This document shows positions 60,474 through 64,000 of a stretch of 64,000 nt of DNA, one piece after another (within the stretch, counting starts at the first letter, position 1; every line of letters starts with the position of its first letter). A program made the translations under genes and the position numbers. The DNA is from Octopus vulgaris (lineage: Eukaryota): positions 28,706,001-28,770,000 of the forward strand of contig OX597830.1 in the NCBI GenBank assembly GCA_951406725.2. The letters run 5' to 3'. The notes below the pieces were generated by a model. That model did not search any database, was not told the origin of the DNA, and saw only the letters and a list, made by a program, of their open reading frames with translations.

Positions 60474-62702
60474 TTGCAAGCAAAGCACTTTGAAGACAGA
60501 ATGTCTCATATTTATAGGAAAATCGAAATATTGTACCTTAGTTAACAACCACATACCTACGAGCAAAGAGATATATAATTCTCAACACGCCATGATTAAA
60601 TGCCATCGTTGTAAACTAAACATCACATTGCCTGTTTAGCCTCAGCCAATCTTTGAACAAGATGACCTCTGAAATAATGAATTTGTCATACACCGCTGTA
60701 TATTATCCTATGTGTATGAAATACACACACACAGACACGCCCATATACAGACATTCTCATATACACATAACTATACATCTATATACTTACACATATATAC
60801 AGTTCTAGCTAAATTCAATAATGGGTTACACAGAGGATAGGTTTCTATGCATCCTTGTGGGTGCAATTTTTGTGGTATACGTAGTAAAGATAATTTTCGC
60901 TTTGAACCCACTTCTGTAAAGAATATCCTCAATTTGCTTGCATTATTTACTGCCTGAGATATCAACTAGATTCCGCGAAATATTTATGACTTCGTATATT
61001 CTTAGCCTGACTTCGTATATTCTTAGCGCTTGTGAATATCGTTTAGAATTTCAGACTAGCGGTAAAAAAAGAAAGATAGGATTTTGGAAGTCTCCAAATT
61101 TATTCAAATCTGCTGTTTGTTATGGATTCCTTTTCGAAAAAGATAAATTCAACCCTCATCTCTATATAGTCCTCCATCGATATACGAAAACTTGGTATCA
61201 GATAAGAAATATAATCCTACGAAATCATTTATTCCATAAGCGATGTATGCTTATGGAATAAATGATAATAAATGATAAATGATAACAATATAATATGGCT
61301 AAATAAATTCATGTTGTATTATGATACAACTTTTTTTCTATTTGGAATAGTTTATATTTCTGCGTCTGAGATGCTTCAGGGAGTTCAGCTAAGATTTTTG
61401 TACAATTATGTGTATTTAATATATGTTAGACGTTTGGCGACATTATATATTAAATTATCGGAATTTAGTGCTAGTTTTATTGGAATGAATTTGAAACATT
61501 CATTTACAGTTATTTGTAGGTGTTATTCTACTACGATAGCAATGATACTTCTTTATGTTTAGATGTAATATTATCTTGTATTTTACCGTATCACATATAT
61601 AGAGTTTTAAAATTCTTCATGATCTCGAACGAAACTTCGTTTCATCGTCCTTAAATATAAAGTACGATCGGTAGGATGTAAATAGCTCAGTTCTATCATC
61701 AATGCCAAAGAAGGTAACTTGGCCTTGAGTATTATTCTTGTTTAGGGTGCTCTGCTGATCCTTTAAGTCTTTGTTTTGGAAAGAAGCTACATATTTGTTG
61801 TAAATCTTGTCTATGCATTATAGAATTATGCTTCATCAGATTATACGAAGACATAGCTTAATCATTCATATGAACTTCATACAATTAGCAAGTAATTTAA
61901 GCTCGAATATATTCCGTATCTTAATTAAATATCTCTGAACAATTAGCAAGTGTTTATCTTTAAATATTCAGAATAACTTTAGATGATAATTGTGGTGGTG
62001 GTGTGGGGGCTTGGGGTCATCATATATTTAACTTAAAACAGTATTTAAATTTATTGTTTATTTTAAAGAGATATTATTAATGAATAACAAACGCTAATGT
62101 CCATATGTATAAATAGTTTTTCCATTTCTGTTGTTAGTATTGACCAACTGACGCCCAACACAGACTCGCATGTAAAGTCACACACGCACGGACGCATCAC
62201 ACACACACACATGTACACACATATTTATCTATATATGCATATATTTCCACCTTTACTGAATGTCGAGCTAATACATTCCATATATGCGTCCTTGTTGTTT
62301 TCTTACCTGTTGTTGTTAGTGATCGAGATATAATGTTCAGCTTTTAATATTTGATTTGGCTTTATATGTACACACACACACACACATACACACACACACT
62401 CAAGCATACACATACACACACATATATATACACATATACATATACACATATATATATGCATATATATATACATATATACATATGTATATATATATGTGTG
62501 TGTGTATGTATATATATATATAAACATATACATATACATTTTCATATATATACAAGGTTCAAAAGTATTTCTTTCATGACACGAATTCACATCAAGAAGC
62601 TTGCAAACCAAATACGCACAAATGCGCACGCAAGCAAACAGACAGGCATATACATACATACATACATACATACATACATACATACATACATACATACATA
62701 CA

Positions 62703-62733
<31 letters not shown>

Positions 62734-63694
62734 TTGTTTTGCAAGGTTCCTGATGTGTATGATATCGTGTCTTGAAACATATATTGTTATATCACCCTCT
62801 CAGAAAGGCAGAATAAACTAAACAGGACAGTAGAAGACATTTGGAATGGTGAGTCGCTGAAGAGGTCACATGATCTGTGACGAAAGAGTTCAAAGAATGG
62901 ACACTAAAATAAGAACATCTATGAAGCTGAAGTGAAGAACAACCATATACTGTTGTTTATTTGTTAAAAAAGACGACTCTCCCGAAATATAACTATATAA
63001 CAATACGTATGTGTGCATGTATGAAGATATGCGTGTGTGTCCATCCCAAAATATTTGCATATACCCAAGATAATATCTGCCCCTATGGACATATACAGCT
63101 TTCTCCATGTGCTGTCATAAGCGTTGCTGCCAGAACTCTAAGATACGAGATTTATGCTGTAAATCATTTCGCCAGACCTTCTAACAATTCCGTCAAATTA
63201 TCGTCCTGGATCGTTACACTTTTATTAACTACCGAAACGATGAAATACTAAGATGACCAAAGGTGTATTTAGATTCTGACTGTAGAGCGTCGGAGCAAAT
63301 ACTGCCTAGCAATCTCTTCAATACAATAAAGATTCTCTCAGTTCCTCATTTTTATACGGATATATTCTATTTCTTTTAATATTCTCATACTAATGCTCAT
63401 TACTTACATGTAGTTAATTATCTTGCTTTTTTTTCTTCTCATATTTAAACGTAATAGCTTAGAATTGTTTCTCCGGAGAAAAGCGCTAACTTCATATTTT
63501 CCTCTCTTTGCAAATTTAAAATTCATGTATATTCTCACATTATTATTTCTCACATTACTGTTTCTCAGATATTAGTATCTGATTCGTAACACACACACAA
63601 ACACACATACACACACACACACACACACACATGCATGTTTGTGTGTCGTTGTGTGTTCGTGTGCGCACGAGTAGATGTGTTTTTTGTGTGCGTA

Positions 63695-63900
63695 CGCGTA
63701 TGGTTAAAAGTTTGTTTTGTAACCGTTTGGTTTCAACTTCAGTCACACGACATGGCACCTTTGGCAAGAGTCTTCTGCTATAGCCTCCGACCAATCAATG
63801 CCTTGGAAATGAGTTTAGGGGACGGTAGCTGCGTGGAAGTGTTTATGCGTGTTTGGATATGTACGTGTGTACGCGCACATATGTGTTTTTGTCTGCCCCT
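63695..63900 (+). mobile_element. Old SINE family A-related copy
   Basis: GGCACCTTTGGCAAGAGTCTTCTGCTATAGCCTCCGACCAATCAATGCCTTG matches the family A central domain. Confidence 0.65.
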
Positions 63901-64000
63901 TATTATCTGAAACTCGATGTTGACTTCGTCCTCATGATGTTAGCTTGCTTTTCGTCCTATGCGTTTTAGCATAGAATAAGTACGAGATTTCAAAACTAAT

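Noticed and set aside
60987-61027. Small tandem duplications (TGACTTCGTATATTCTTAGC x2; others at 29452-29511 and 40085-40145)
   Set aside because: Ordinary slippage duplications with no further structure.

Overview
AT-rich, repeat-saturated animal genomic DNA, intronic or intergenic. The SINE and microsatellite repertoire matches what I recall from Octopus genomes; this is inference, not a database result. I find no intact protein-coding gene, no tRNA/rRNA gene and no CRISPR array. Almost all listed ORFs are translations of (TA)n, (CA)n, (TAA)n, (TATC)n or (GAT)n tracts. Real content: (1) more than 20 copies of at least four tRNA-derived SINE families; (2) degenerate fossils of R4/Dong-like (RLE) LINEs, mostly embedded in (TAA)n tracts, plus RTE-like, Gypsy-like and Tc1/mariner remnants; (3) the most striking signal, about ten hammerhead-ribozyme (HHR) motifs (CUGANGA...GAAA...NUH with a self-complementary helix III) in roughly six unrelated short non-coding repeat families. 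Most of these run into (TA)n at their 3' end, like Penelope-like element (PLE) ends or retrozymes. They include a tRNA-headed (Pol III) SINE with a hammerhead tail arranged as a head-to-head palindrome, and a 518-bp foldback with one hammerhead per arm. Repeat boundaries were read by eye and are approximate (+/-10-30 nt).
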